From positions 2,297 to 66,296 of the forward strand of contig CAIJNR010000106.1 of NCBI GenBank assembly GCA_903822055.1: a DNA stretch of 64,000 bases. The letters run 5' to 3'. Positions 37,517 through 46,221 of this stretch are shown piece after piece (the stretch's first letter is position 1; every line of letters starts with the position of its first letter). A program made the position numbers and the translations under genes. Below the pieces are notes generated by a model, which saw only the letters and a program-made list of their open reading frames with translations, had not been told where the DNA came from and searched no databases. This DNA is from an uncultured Francisellaceae bacterium (GTDB taxonomy: Bacteria > Pseudomonadota > Gammaproteobacteria > UBA6186 > Azoamicaceae).

Positions 37517-38506
37517 TTATGACCACATAAAATAAGTTATTTCATTAATTACATAATAAAAGTAATACCTAAGTTTTATATATTGTTCATCAAGATAAAT
37601 CAGCACTAAATCTTCGATCCTTTTAATACAACCTATCAGGGTGGTTTCTTTTTTAAAATCGGCCAACGCATACGAAGATATGTACATCATGATTAAATTA
37701 GCTTCAGGCATTTTTTGACTAGCTGCTTTACGATACCAACGTGCTGCTTTTGCGTAACTTTTAGCAACCCCTTTGCCTTTTTGGTACATGCCACCAAGGT
37801 TGAATTGTGCATAATAATAATTTCTGGTGGCAGCTTTCTGGTACCACTCAACTGCTTTAACATAATCTTGAGTAACGCCATCACCTTTTTCATACATAAG
37901 CCCAAGATCAGCTTGGGCACCTAATTCTCCTTGAATAGCCGCTTGTTGCATTAAGTCAAATGCTTTTTTATGATTTTGGGGAACCCCAAGACCTTCTAAA
38001 TACATAGCAGCAAGAATTGCTTGAGAACCACGATGGTGATCCATTGTTGCTTTTTGAAGCCATTCTATTGCTTTACTATAACTTTGAGTTACTCCAATTC
38101 CCTTTAGATATGCAACCCCAAGAAACTTATACGCATCTAAATTACCTTTTGCAGCCGCTTTTCGTAGTAACTCTATCCCTTTTGTTTCATTTTTATTTCT
38201 AATACTATCCAGATACATAAACCCTAATGCAGCCATAACCTCAGGATGCTCACAATCTGTAACTTTTTGATACCAATATATGGCTTTATCATAATACCCA
38301 CGATCATGGTTACTATTCATATATATGTCCATATACTTATTACCAAGTTTAACTTGAGCATCTACATTACCTTTGGTTGCAGCTTGCAATAATTTTTTAA
38401 ATTCTCTATTGGCACCAAAAAAATAACCATGACTAATATTAACTATAACTATTATAATTACCAAACCACTTGTAAATTTAAATTTGTTTCTTGCTGTTAA
38501 ATTCAC
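37517..38506 (-). CDS. Sel1-repeat (SLR/TPR-like) protein with N-terminal hydrophobic segment
   Basis: 329 aa with a GTG start and about 7 repeats of the ..A..WY.KAA.QG...AQ..LG.MY..G.GV..... type. The stop is 1 nt from the traI ATG. Confidence 0.85.
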   Translation of the reverse strand: MNLTARNKFKFTSGLVIIIVIVNISHGYFFGANREFKKLLQAATKGNVDAQVKLGNKYMDIYMNSNHDRGYYDKAIYWYQKVTDCEHPEVMAALGFMYLDSIRNKNETKGIELLRKAAAKGNLDAYKFLGVAYLKGIGVTQSYSKAIEWLQKATMDHHRGSQAILAAMYLEGLGVPQNHKKAFDLMQQAAIQGELGAQADLGLMYEKGDGVTQDYVKAVEWYQKAATRNYYYAQFNLGGMYQKGKGVAKSYAKAARWYRKAASQKMPEANLIMMYISSYALADFKKETTLIGCIKRIEDLVLIYLDEQYIKLRYYFYYVINEITYFMWS

Positions 38507-38532
38507 GGTTATTGTTCCCTATAAATTGATCG

Positions 38533-38637
38533 TTAAAAACTTATCTCTGCTATTTGTGTTTCTTTTTCATAACGATTATCTCCTTGATAATAGCTGCCGA
38601 CTTTAGAGGCTGACTTTAAAGTATGAATAGTTAACAT
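38533..38637 (-). pseudogene. relic copy of a relaxase (traI) 5' end
   Basis: My translation is MLTIHTLKSASKVGSYYQGDNRYEKETQIAEISF*, compared with the TraI N-terminus MLTMNTLKSAKKATDYYQEDYYAKEDGS... It starts 9 nt after the traD stop. Confidence 0.6.
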
Positions 38638-38646
38638 AGTGCTGTA

Positions 38647-40506
38647 CTAAAAATCCATCTCCATGATCGTTAATTGTTGTTTAACTGTTTTTTTAGTTTT
38701 AGCTGGTTTAGCAATTGTTGGTGCGATTACAGCAGTTTCTTCGCTACTACTAGTTTTATTAACTGTTGATGATTTAACGTGTTTTTCGATCAATGATAAT
38801 TCTAATAATTTTCTGGCAACCAACGCAACAGATAAAATCGGCCTTTTTTTAGCCATTAATTTAATTTTAGTAACTGGAGTGTTTTCTGGCAGTAACATAT
38901 ATGCTTCACAATCATTTAATTTTAAAAATTCGGTATCTAAAATTAATGGTTCTTTGCGCCTCTCTTGCTGTACCGATACTCCATCTCTTATATCATTAGC
39001 ACCATAAGAAAAACCTTCACGCTTTTCGATAATTTCTCTTTGACCAGTTAATCTGGACATCCACATGGCAGTATCTGGACATTTGGTACGATAGCAAAGA
39101 TTAGTGTTGTACATTGACAGCAAAGCTTCAGCTTCATCACGCCCATAAATAGATCGTAATTGATGAATATCCTGAAAAGCTGTCACATTACATACGCCAT
39201 ATTTACGGCCTTGCGATAATAATACATTTAAACTCGACAATCGATGTAAACTTGCTAATTCATCAACCAACAACCAAATGCGCCGATCAAATGATGGTGT
39301 TAATGATAGTAAATTACGCGCCGCAACATCTATCCACACCGAAATCAACGGCTTTAATGCCTCTAGTTTATCAGCACTAGTTGCAATAAAAATCCAACTG
39401 TCATTTTTTTCTTTTTGGATCCAATCTTTAATCGAAAATAATTGTTCAGTGCCTTCATCTGGCAAATATAAAAAAGATTTACAATAAGTAGCGAGTGTTG
39501 ATTTAATCGACAATGCCATCTTTTCTAGTGATTCAGCAACTAGCACTTCAGCAACCGTTCCTTGCAGTAAATTATTTAATGAATTATCTGCACTAAACAT
39601 TGGGCGCAGCAATGCTTTAGTATTAGTGTTCCCAGTATCTTTTAATTTATTGGCAAGCGTTGAAAAAATAGTACGCGCTGAATGGATCCAAAATGGATCG
39701 CTACCAGATAAATGTAGTGGCATAAGAGATGCCGCCATTGCTTCAAAATCCGCTAAATCTTGCCCTTCTTGCCAAATATTCCAGCTTGGACTTCGTTTAT
39801 CTAACGGATTTAAAATAACATCACGGCCTTCTCTATAATAATGCTTAATAAAAGTACCAGAGTCATCATAAACAATTGCTTTTTGACCTCGTTTTCTTAT
39901 ACGATCCATCAGTTCCATCATACAAACAGATTTACCGGAACCAGTAGTCCCAGTGATTAAAATATGTTTGGTTTCAGAGTCTTTAACTAACGGCACCCCT
40001 CCAATATTTAAATCCGAGCATTTTTTATGTTTCTTAAGAAATTTTTTTAAATGTTTTGCCTCTAAAAACAATGCACCCCGCACATCTTGATTGACAGTTT
40101 GTAATTTGCCTCGATAACGCAACAATATTATGCAGCCAATTAAAAATAATCCTGAAGCCTTTAAACTGGTTAATAAAACATATTGGATCGCAATTGAGAA
40201 ATTATTTAATTGTTGAAGTAAAAACCGATGACGGATAAATTTATTAGCTGCCATCGTGATTATATTGCCAGTTGGTTCTTTAACATGATGGAGTGCTTTA
40301 TCGCCTTGGATCGCGATCTCTAACAAAGCCTGAGCATAATTACCCAGCAAATACCATTGATATTTATTGGTTTTTTGCTGAATATAAAGACCAGCAACGA
40401 CTGTATATAATAAGAATGATAATAAAATTAATCTTTTTGACACCTGCCCAAACATCCGAATAGCGTGCATAGTTGTTTGACCACCACGAGTAAAATTTTT
40501 AAGCAT
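38647..40506 (-). CDS. traD: type IV coupling protein TraD
   Basis: 619 aa. N-terminal TM segments, Walker A ..ITGTTGSGKSV.. and Walker B ..IWLLVDELASL... Confidence 0.9.
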   Translation of the reverse strand: MLKNFTRGGQTTMHAIRMFGQVSKRLILLSFLLYTVVAGLYIQQKTNKYQWYLLGNYAQALLEIAIQGDKALHHVKEPTGNIITMAANKFIRHRFLLQQLNNFSIAIQYVLLTSLKASGLFLIGCIILLRYRGKLQTVNQDVRGALFLEAKHLKKFLKKHKKCSDLNIGGVPLVKDSETKHILITGTTGSGKSVCMMELMDRIRKRGQKAIVYDDSGTFIKHYYREGRDVILNPLDKRSPSWNIWQEGQDLADFEAMAASLMPLHLSGSDPFWIHSARTIFSTLANKLKDTGNTNTKALLRPMFSADNSLNNLLQGTVAEVLVAESLEKMALSIKSTLATYCKSFLYLPDEGTEQLFSIKDWIQKEKNDSWIFIATSADKLEALKPLISVWIDVAARNLLSLTPSFDRRIWLLVDELASLHRLSSLNVLLSQGRKYGVCNVTAFQDIHQLRSIYGRDEAEALLSMYNTNLCYRTKCPDTAMWMSRLTGQREIIEKREGFSYGANDIRDGVSVQQERRKEPLILDTEFLKLNDCEAYMLLPENTPVTKIKLMAKKRPILSVALVARKLLELSLIEKHVKSSTVNKTSSSEETAVIAPTIAKPAKTKKTVKQQLTIMEMDF

Positions 40507-41260
40507 ATAGGTGGCTCCCGTTAGTTAATTGGTAAATGCACCTATATTGTTCTAATTTGTGGTGTGCTATCTTATAATAAATGGTGTGGGTTAATTGAAT
40601 TATTAAAACTGGAAGATCACATATGGAATTTAGAACCTTATTAAGCAAACCTAAATTCATGGCATTATCAGGTTTAATTACCATGGGTTGTAAGCTTATC
40701 GTTGCTGGCAGCCTGGCGATTGTTATGAATTTGTGTATAACAGATGCATTATTGTTTTGGGGATTTATTTTATATCCAATTGTAGCCTTAATTCTTGATG
40801 CAATTTTATATTTATATAAAGATAAAGTTTGGACAACATTACCTGATAATGTACCAAGCGAGTGGGAAACAACTCCTGAACAATTGCTAGAATACGTTAA
40901 ACATTTACCAAAAATACGGTTAATGAGATTTTTAACCTGTTGGATTTTGATTCCACTAGTTACTTCTAGTGGAAGTAGAGGATGCCTATTGCTAATTGAA
41001 GTTTTAAATGGTCTTGCAATAGGGTTTTTAATTTGTTCATTATTTGATGTAGTTTGGGTAAATATTTTTAAACTTAAACAACCAGCCTTAATTAGAAATA
41101 GTGTTGAACAGCAAAAAAATCTTGCTTTATGGAATAGACGATTAGATGAAGATTTTAATTCTAGAATAAGCGAACAGCTTGCAAGAAATTGTAACGCAAC
41201 AGCAGTAGGTAGTTCTGCTTGGTATGCACAACAACATTTCAATTCTAGATGATTACTCAT
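40499..41260 (-). CDS. alternative reading: 253-aa ORF filling the traG-traD gap
   Basis: Has an ATGA overlap with the traG stop and an 8-nt overlap with the traD start (operon-style coupling). The product is Cys/Ser/Asn-rich, acid-poor and featureless. Confidence 0.3.
   Translation of the reverse strand: MSNHLELKCCCAYQAELPTAVALQFLASCSLILELKSSSNRLFHKARFFCCSTLFLIKAGCLSLKIFTQTTSNNEQIKNPIARPFKTSISNRHPLLPLEVTSGIKIQQVKNLINRIFGKCLTYSSNCSGVVSHSLGTLSGNVVQTLSLYKYKIASRIKATIGYKINPQNNNASVIHKFITIARLPATISLQPMVIKPDNAMNLGLLNKVLNSICDLPVLIIQLTHTIYYKIAHHKLEQYRCIYQLTNGSHLYA
40623..41252 (+). CDS. hypothetical 4-TM membrane protein, antisense to the tra operon (entry-exclusion-like position)
   Basis: 209 aa with four clear hydrophobic helices and a hydrophilic tail. 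First-codon-position G content and Asp/Glu content look more protein-like than in the fully overlapping minus-strand ORF. Confidence 0.45.
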   Translation: MEFRTLLSKPKFMALSGLITMGCKLIVAGSLAIVMNLCITDALLFWGFILYPIVALILDAILYLYKDKVWTTLPDNVPSEWETTPEQLLEYVKHLPKIRLMRFLTCWILIPLVTSSGSRGCLLLIEVLNGLAIGFLICSLFDVVWVNIFKLKQPALIRNSVEQQKNLALWNRRLDEDFNSRISEQLARNCNATAVGSSAWYAQQHFNSR

Positions 41261-44067
41261 TGAGTTTGCTTTTCCCCATTTAAAAAATTTTTAAATTTTT
41301 CTGGCAATAAATCTGCTCCATGCTTACCTAATTTTTTAGTAGCCTTCCAAGTTAAATTTCTCTTAGATTGTTCTTGATGATTAGCTGCCTTATGGCTGTA
41401 TTCATTCTCTGCTTTTTGTTGACTATTATTTAATTCTTGCTGAGCCACTTGTTGTTTGTTATTAAATTTTTCTTCTAAATGAGGATCATTAACGCCAATC
41501 AGACCTTGTTCTTGAGCCGTAGCTTTAATTGTATTCATGCTACTTTGTGCGTGATCTTTATTCACATCTGCAATAATGTGTCTATTTTCTGCGTTATAAT
41601 CTGATTGTAAATTGCTAGGTGAACTTGTTCGTATTGCAGAAGGAGTAACTGGCAACACCTTGTTGTCTTCTACAAATATTTTTGCATATTGGACTGCCAT
41701 TTCTGGATCGTGGGTCATAATATGAGCCGCACCCATCCTGCCTATGTGACCACCACCAGAGTTATCTGCTGGCTGCTCTGCTAACCAATCAACAAATTGT
41801 TGGTTATAATTTGCATTAATAGATGCTGATGAGTTTTTAATTGCTGTTGCTTGCTCTTGATAATTTTTAGATTCGGTAAAACTTTTATGGGCTTCTTGTC
41901 TCGTACTATTGGACTCATTCCAAGAATGATTCAAACTATCGGCTAGCTTTTTGCCTTCATCGTCATGCTTAGCAAACGATTGATTATGACTCAATTGTGA
42001 TGCATCTCTTAATGATGTTTGAAAATCTTGGCTTTTAGTAACTTCTTGAGCTTCTCGATAAATATTTTGTATATCAGCACTACCGCTGATGTTTGCGCTT
42101 AGTTTGGCATCACCACAAACTGACGTTAACATACTAAATGCTTTCTCAAGTCCAACATTAGCGCTGGCTGCGGCTAACATTTGAGCAGATTGAACAGCAT
42201 TTAAATTATGATCGTCGCCAAATTTTTTAACAATCTGTGCTGATTTATTTAACGCTGCCGTTTGCTCTATAATTTTGCCATCCATAAATTGATTATTAAG
42301 TTGTTTGTTATTTGCAATATGCTTAGACAAATCTACACTCTTATTTAAAGTATCTGCCATGTTTTTAGCAGAAGATTCTGTTTGAGTGAGTCCTGCTTGA
42401 TGGCTAATCCCAGCTTGTTTAGATAATTGGGTACTTTGCATCTCAGCAAGATTTACTGATACTGGTACGTTGGAGTTACCAACGTTTAATATTTGTTGTC
42501 CATTAGCAGTTGTGATTAAATCAGTACGGCCATCACCTTGATTAAAAGATCCACTTCTATAACTTGCAGCATTACTATGATTTAACATGCTGGTATTAGA
42601 ACTTTGCACGTTGCCATCACTAATGTTCCCAAAATTATAATTACCAGAAGCGGCTTCTGTTGCGGCTTGACTAGCAACACTTTGCGTTACTCCACTTAAA
42701 ATGCCAGGCACACTTACAAATGAACCAACCCCTTTAATTATGGCAACACATAAGAACGGAATGCTCATAGCTAAATATCCAGTCATTGCTGCAATATCGG
42801 CATTAACATTCGACAGCCCCACGGAACTTGCAATAGTGACGCCTAATTCATTAGATACTGATAATGCTGATATTGATTTGGACCTAGCCGCCATCGTCAT
42901 AATATAATTTAAAATTGCATAAAGTGGTGCCCAAGTTTGTAACCATAACAGTACGCCAACCCAATTTTTTAAAAACGTCCAACCAAACGGTAAAACGGCA
43001 AGTGGCACAATAAATAAAAAAGCTGCATAAGTAATGGCTTCTAATACGGCTTTCATGGTGGGCAAGGTTTCAGCGGCCATCGCACCTAAGGTTTCATAGT
43101 TGGAACGTTGTTGTAAGTAAGCACGCCTTACCGCAAAATTAGGGGCGTTGCCTAAACTAGTAGACTTTTGTTCAATGCCATCAACTACTGCATAAATCAT
43201 CATATTTTGTTTTAAAATATCTTGGGCTGATTTTGCCATATTGGTTAATGCTTCATAGGCTAATGGCAAATGTTTTAACAGCTCGACTCGTGGATTTACA
43301 TAAGAATTTTTACCAAATATTTTTTTACCAAATATCGTAGCAGTTTTATTTAATTCTCCCTTCCACTCGTGATTAAATTTAGCAACTCCTTCTTTACAAG
43401 TTATGATGGATGGTCTTGTGGCTGGTTGATGTTCTTTCTTTAAATCTCTCCAAACAAAAGATCGAACCGGGGACGCATTAGTGGACACTAATTTCCAAAT
43501 ATCATCGCTATTACGCAAATCGTCTATGGTATATTTACGACCCAAGAGGGCATCATAGGTTACACATTGTCCAACAAATTGCCGCATGTTTTCAGCTAAA
43601 TCTTCATTAGTAATTCTAAAGGTTCTAGCTTGTTGTAATAGGTTAGATGCAAAAATAGTTCCGGTTTTTTGGTATTTTAAATCGTCTGGCAAGGCAAATA
43701 CTTTTTCTACTTGCTGAGTAATGATGTTCCCGATGGTACTTATGCGGCCAGCAACCATCGCGAGTCCATACGGCACATGCTCAACTTTTTGATGATAACG
43801 ACTAACCGGATCTACAATCCAAACAGTTGCCTGGGGCACAAAAAATAATTGCATAATTGCCGTCATCGGAATGATCCAGCCATTAATGGCTCGCATATAA
43901 TCACCATAAATTGCATAAAGAGCTGCCCATAAACCGCCGATGATCATACTAAGGCGAATTAATGGAATATAAAGCGTACCGGAATGCGAATTTAAACAAA
44001 TCGCAATTGCATCAAATACGCCTTTTAAAATTTCACCATTACCAAAAGTTACGACTGAATATTCCAT
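41257..44067 (-). CDS. traG: F-type mating-pair stabilisation/pilus assembly protein TraG
   Basis: About 936 aa with an N-terminal polytopic domain and a long hydrophilic C-terminus. ATG 44067 (AAGGAA upstream) is preferred over the ORF-track TTG at 44088. Confidence 0.9.
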   Translation of the reverse strand: MEYSVVTFGNGEILKGVFDAIAICLNSHSGTLYIPLIRLSMIIGGLWAALYAIYGDYMRAINGWIIPMTAIMQLFFVPQATVWIVDPVSRYHQKVEHVPYGLAMVAGRISTIGNIITQQVEKVFALPDDLKYQKTGTIFASNLLQQARTFRITNEDLAENMRQFVGQCVTYDALLGRKYTIDDLRNSDDIWKLVSTNASPVRSFVWRDLKKEHQPATRPSIITCKEGVAKFNHEWKGELNKTATIFGKKIFGKNSYVNPRVELLKHLPLAYEALTNMAKSAQDILKQNMMIYAVVDGIEQKSTSLGNAPNFAVRRAYLQQRSNYETLGAMAAETLPTMKAVLEAITYAAFLFIVPLAVLPFGWTFLKNWVGVLLWLQTWAPLYAILNYIMTMAARSKSISALSVSNELGVTIASSVGLSNVNADIAAMTGYLAMSIPFLCVAIIKGVGSFVSVPGILSGVTQSVASQAATEAASGNYNFGNISDGNVQSSNTSMLNHSNAASYRSGSFNQGDGRTDLITTANGQQILNVGNSNVPVSVNLAEMQSTQLSKQAGISHQAGLTQTESSAKNMADTLNKSVDLSKHIANNKQLNNQFMDGKIIEQTAALNKSAQIVKKFGDDHNLNAVQSAQMLAAASANVGLEKAFSMLTSVCGDAKLSANISGSADIQNIYREAQEVTKSQDFQTSLRDASQLSHNQSFAKHDDEGKKLADSLNHSWNESNSTRQEAHKSFTESKNYQEQATAIKNSSASINANYNQQFVDWLAEQPADNSGGGHIGRMGAAHIMTHDPEMAVQYAKIFVEDNKVLPVTPSAIRTSSPSNLQSDYNAENRHIIADVNKDHAQSSMNTIKATAQEQGLIGVNDPHLEEKFNNKQQVAQQELNNSQQKAENEYSHKAANHQEQSKRNLTWKATKKLGKHGADLLPEKFKNFLNGEKQTQ

Positions 44068-44078
44068 AATGTTTCCTT

Positions 44079-45479
44079 TTAGTACCAATTATTTTCATTA
44101 GCTACGCCGCCTAACATCACATGCAATTGTTTTTCAATAACTTGGGTTGATTGAATAAACGATAGAATGTTGTCCATTTGCTGAAAGGCACTAGTGCGTC
44201 GCATAGCAACTCGCTCTCTTGCTAGCTTTAATTGCTTTAAAAAGAGATCTATTTGTTCACCTTCAACTTGTACGGATTTAAGATGAGTAACGCTATCGTG
44301 TACCAAATCGATAATATCCATTAAATATTTATATAAAATATCTAACGCAATTAAATCGCCATACTGCTCAACATTTAACGGTGAAGTACCTTTAGTATAA
44401 GCAGTCGTAACATTTAGCATTTTATAAACTGGCAAGCGAGTCGCATTTAAAAAATCTTTTTCTACCTCGGTGATTGCGGTATCATCATAAATTTTATCGA
44501 TTAAGGTATTTAGGGTATTATGTACTTTGTAACGAAATGCATTAGCTGCTGGCAAATTGGTGTCTTTTAATTCTGGATGTAAACATTGATCTTTAGTATC
44601 ACATATATAAACTGAAGTCTTACCACCATTTAACAAACCATTTAATACGCTATCTTGATCTAGATGGGCTGGTAATGTGGTGGGCACATACTTATCTTTT
44701 TCCTCACCCTTCTTGGTTTTCTCAGAGGCAATGATCCGATGATTGATAATGGAACCAACCAAAGTCATAAAAAGTTCTGCTAATTCTGGATCGCTTTTTA
44801 AAAAAGCGTTATTTTGCAAGGCTTTCCAGGTTAAGTTAAACTCTCCAACCAACATATTTTTATAACGTGGATCAGATCCGAAACTCTTCAGAGTGTTATG
44901 CCTACCACCTTTAGCGCCACACTCATGCCGAGCTGCCGCCCAATCTGACATGCCACCCAAATCAGTACCCATAGTTTGGCATAAATGCTTACTTGCTTGA
45001 TCAGATTTTGGCCACACTCCCCCTAACATCGTAGCTGCTACCTCACAACTATTAATGTTTAAATTGTTAACTTTAGTGGCAATTGCATTTATTTCATTAT
45101 AGAGATTATAAATTTGTGGACTTAGCGTTTGGATCTTTAGCATAAATGCATAGCTTAAGGTTGAGCTACCAATACTTTTTAAAGTATTAACTAATTCTTT
45201 ACTGCTAACATGCGAAAAACCACCAGTCCAAGCATCAATCCCACCACAACCTGCTCTATAGCCTGGCATTTGCATAGTTGCGAGTTGTGCGCTTTTAACT
45301 GAATTGCGAGCCGACAGACTGCCACCAGTATAATAACCAGCAGTTTGATCTTGAAAAGCACCGCTAGTTGATACATTACTCTTCATTCCAACTGCATTAA
45401 AAAACCCTTGTAAATCATTTTCAATCGTAGCATGCGCTAGATTGCTAATTAATATGATGCTTAATAATTTTTTAATCAT
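44079..45479 (-). CDS. traH: F-type pilus assembly protein TraH
   Basis: Signal peptide MIKKLLSIILISNLAHA from the internal ATG at 45479 (8-nt overlap with traF). Conserved ..GGSLSARN..QMPGYRAGCGGID.. region. Confidence 0.9.
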   Translation of the reverse strand: MIKKLLSIILISNLAHATIENDLQGFFNAVGMKSNVSTSGAFQDQTAGYYTGGSLSARNSVKSAQLATMQMPGYRAGCGGIDAWTGGFSHVSSKELVNTLKSIGSSTLSYAFMLKIQTLSPQIYNLYNEINAIATKVNNLNINSCEVAATMLGGVWPKSDQASKHLCQTMGTDLGGMSDWAAARHECGAKGGRHNTLKSFGSDPRYKNMLVGEFNLTWKALQNNAFLKSDPELAELFMTLVGSIINHRIIASEKTKKGEEKDKYVPTTLPAHLDQDSVLNGLLNGGKTSVYICDTKDQCLHPELKDTNLPAANAFRYKVHNTLNTLIDKIYDDTAITEVEKDFLNATRLPVYKMLNVTTAYTKGTSPLNVEQYGDLIALDILYKYLMDIIDLVHDSVTHLKSVQVEGEQIDLFLKQLKLARERVAMRRTSAFQQMDNILSFIQSTQVIEKQLHVMLGGVANENNWY

Positions 45480-46221
45480 AGTTAAATCCTTGTGGTGACA
45501 ACGCCATAATTCTAGTTTCCATTTGATCAATTGATGTCAACCCGAAAGCGACTGGTAATACATGACCAGTTGCAGGATTAACCGCAAACAAACTCGGTAG
45601 GGCTGTAACATTCCACTTTTCAGCCAAGCCATTGTCTGGCATAAATTCTGAAAATTCTGCAATTCCTTGGTTGTCTAAACTAATTGGAATCACTCGCCAA
45701 TCATATTGTTTAGCAAACATTGCAACAATTGGAGCAAACTTATGACAATACGCACAATTACCACTAAAGAAAAAGAATAAGCCGTATTGATTTCGCAATT
45801 GATAAATAGTATTTTTAATCTTCGCTTGTTGCTCGTCTAAATAAATATGTCTAGCTTTTTGATTAACCGGGAATTTAATAGTATTGTCTAAATCTGGATT
45901 TTGATAAACCACCTGCATCCACACATCTGAAAACTTTTGTGATTGATCCATTAAATCTTTTTGTAACAACTGATATGCTTTAACATTTTGATAGCTCGGA
46001 TCCATGATTGCTTGATGTAATACTCTTTCTAATTTTTGTTGATAAGCTTTTATCTGCTCAGTTGGGGTTTGTAGCTGCATATTCTTTTCTTTGGTCGGAT
46101 CTGGCGCAGCAGGATCTATATACCAATGCCAACCTTCAGCATGATTGTCAAAAAAAGCTGCATAAACATTGCAACTTATGCCAAGGATCATAAACATGCT
46201 AAAGACTATCTTTCTTTTCAC
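45472..46221 (-). CDS. traF: F-type TraF (thioredoxin-fold) with intact CxxC
   Basis: 249 aa, signal peptide, ..FFFFSGNCAYCHKFAPIV.. thioredoxin-like motif. Confidence 0.8.
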   Translation of the reverse strand: MKRKIVFSMFMILGISCNVYAAFFDNHAEGWHWYIDPAAPDPTKEKNMQLQTPTEQIKAYQQKLERVLHQAIMDPSYQNVKAYQLLQKDLMDQSQKFSDVWMQVVYQNPDLDNTIKFPVNQKARHIYLDEQQAKIKNTIYQLRNQYGLFFFFSGNCAYCHKFAPIVAMFAKQYDWRVIPISLDNQGIAEFSEFMPDNGLAEKWNVTALPSLFAVNPATGHVLPVAFGLTSIDQMETRIMALSPQGFNYD

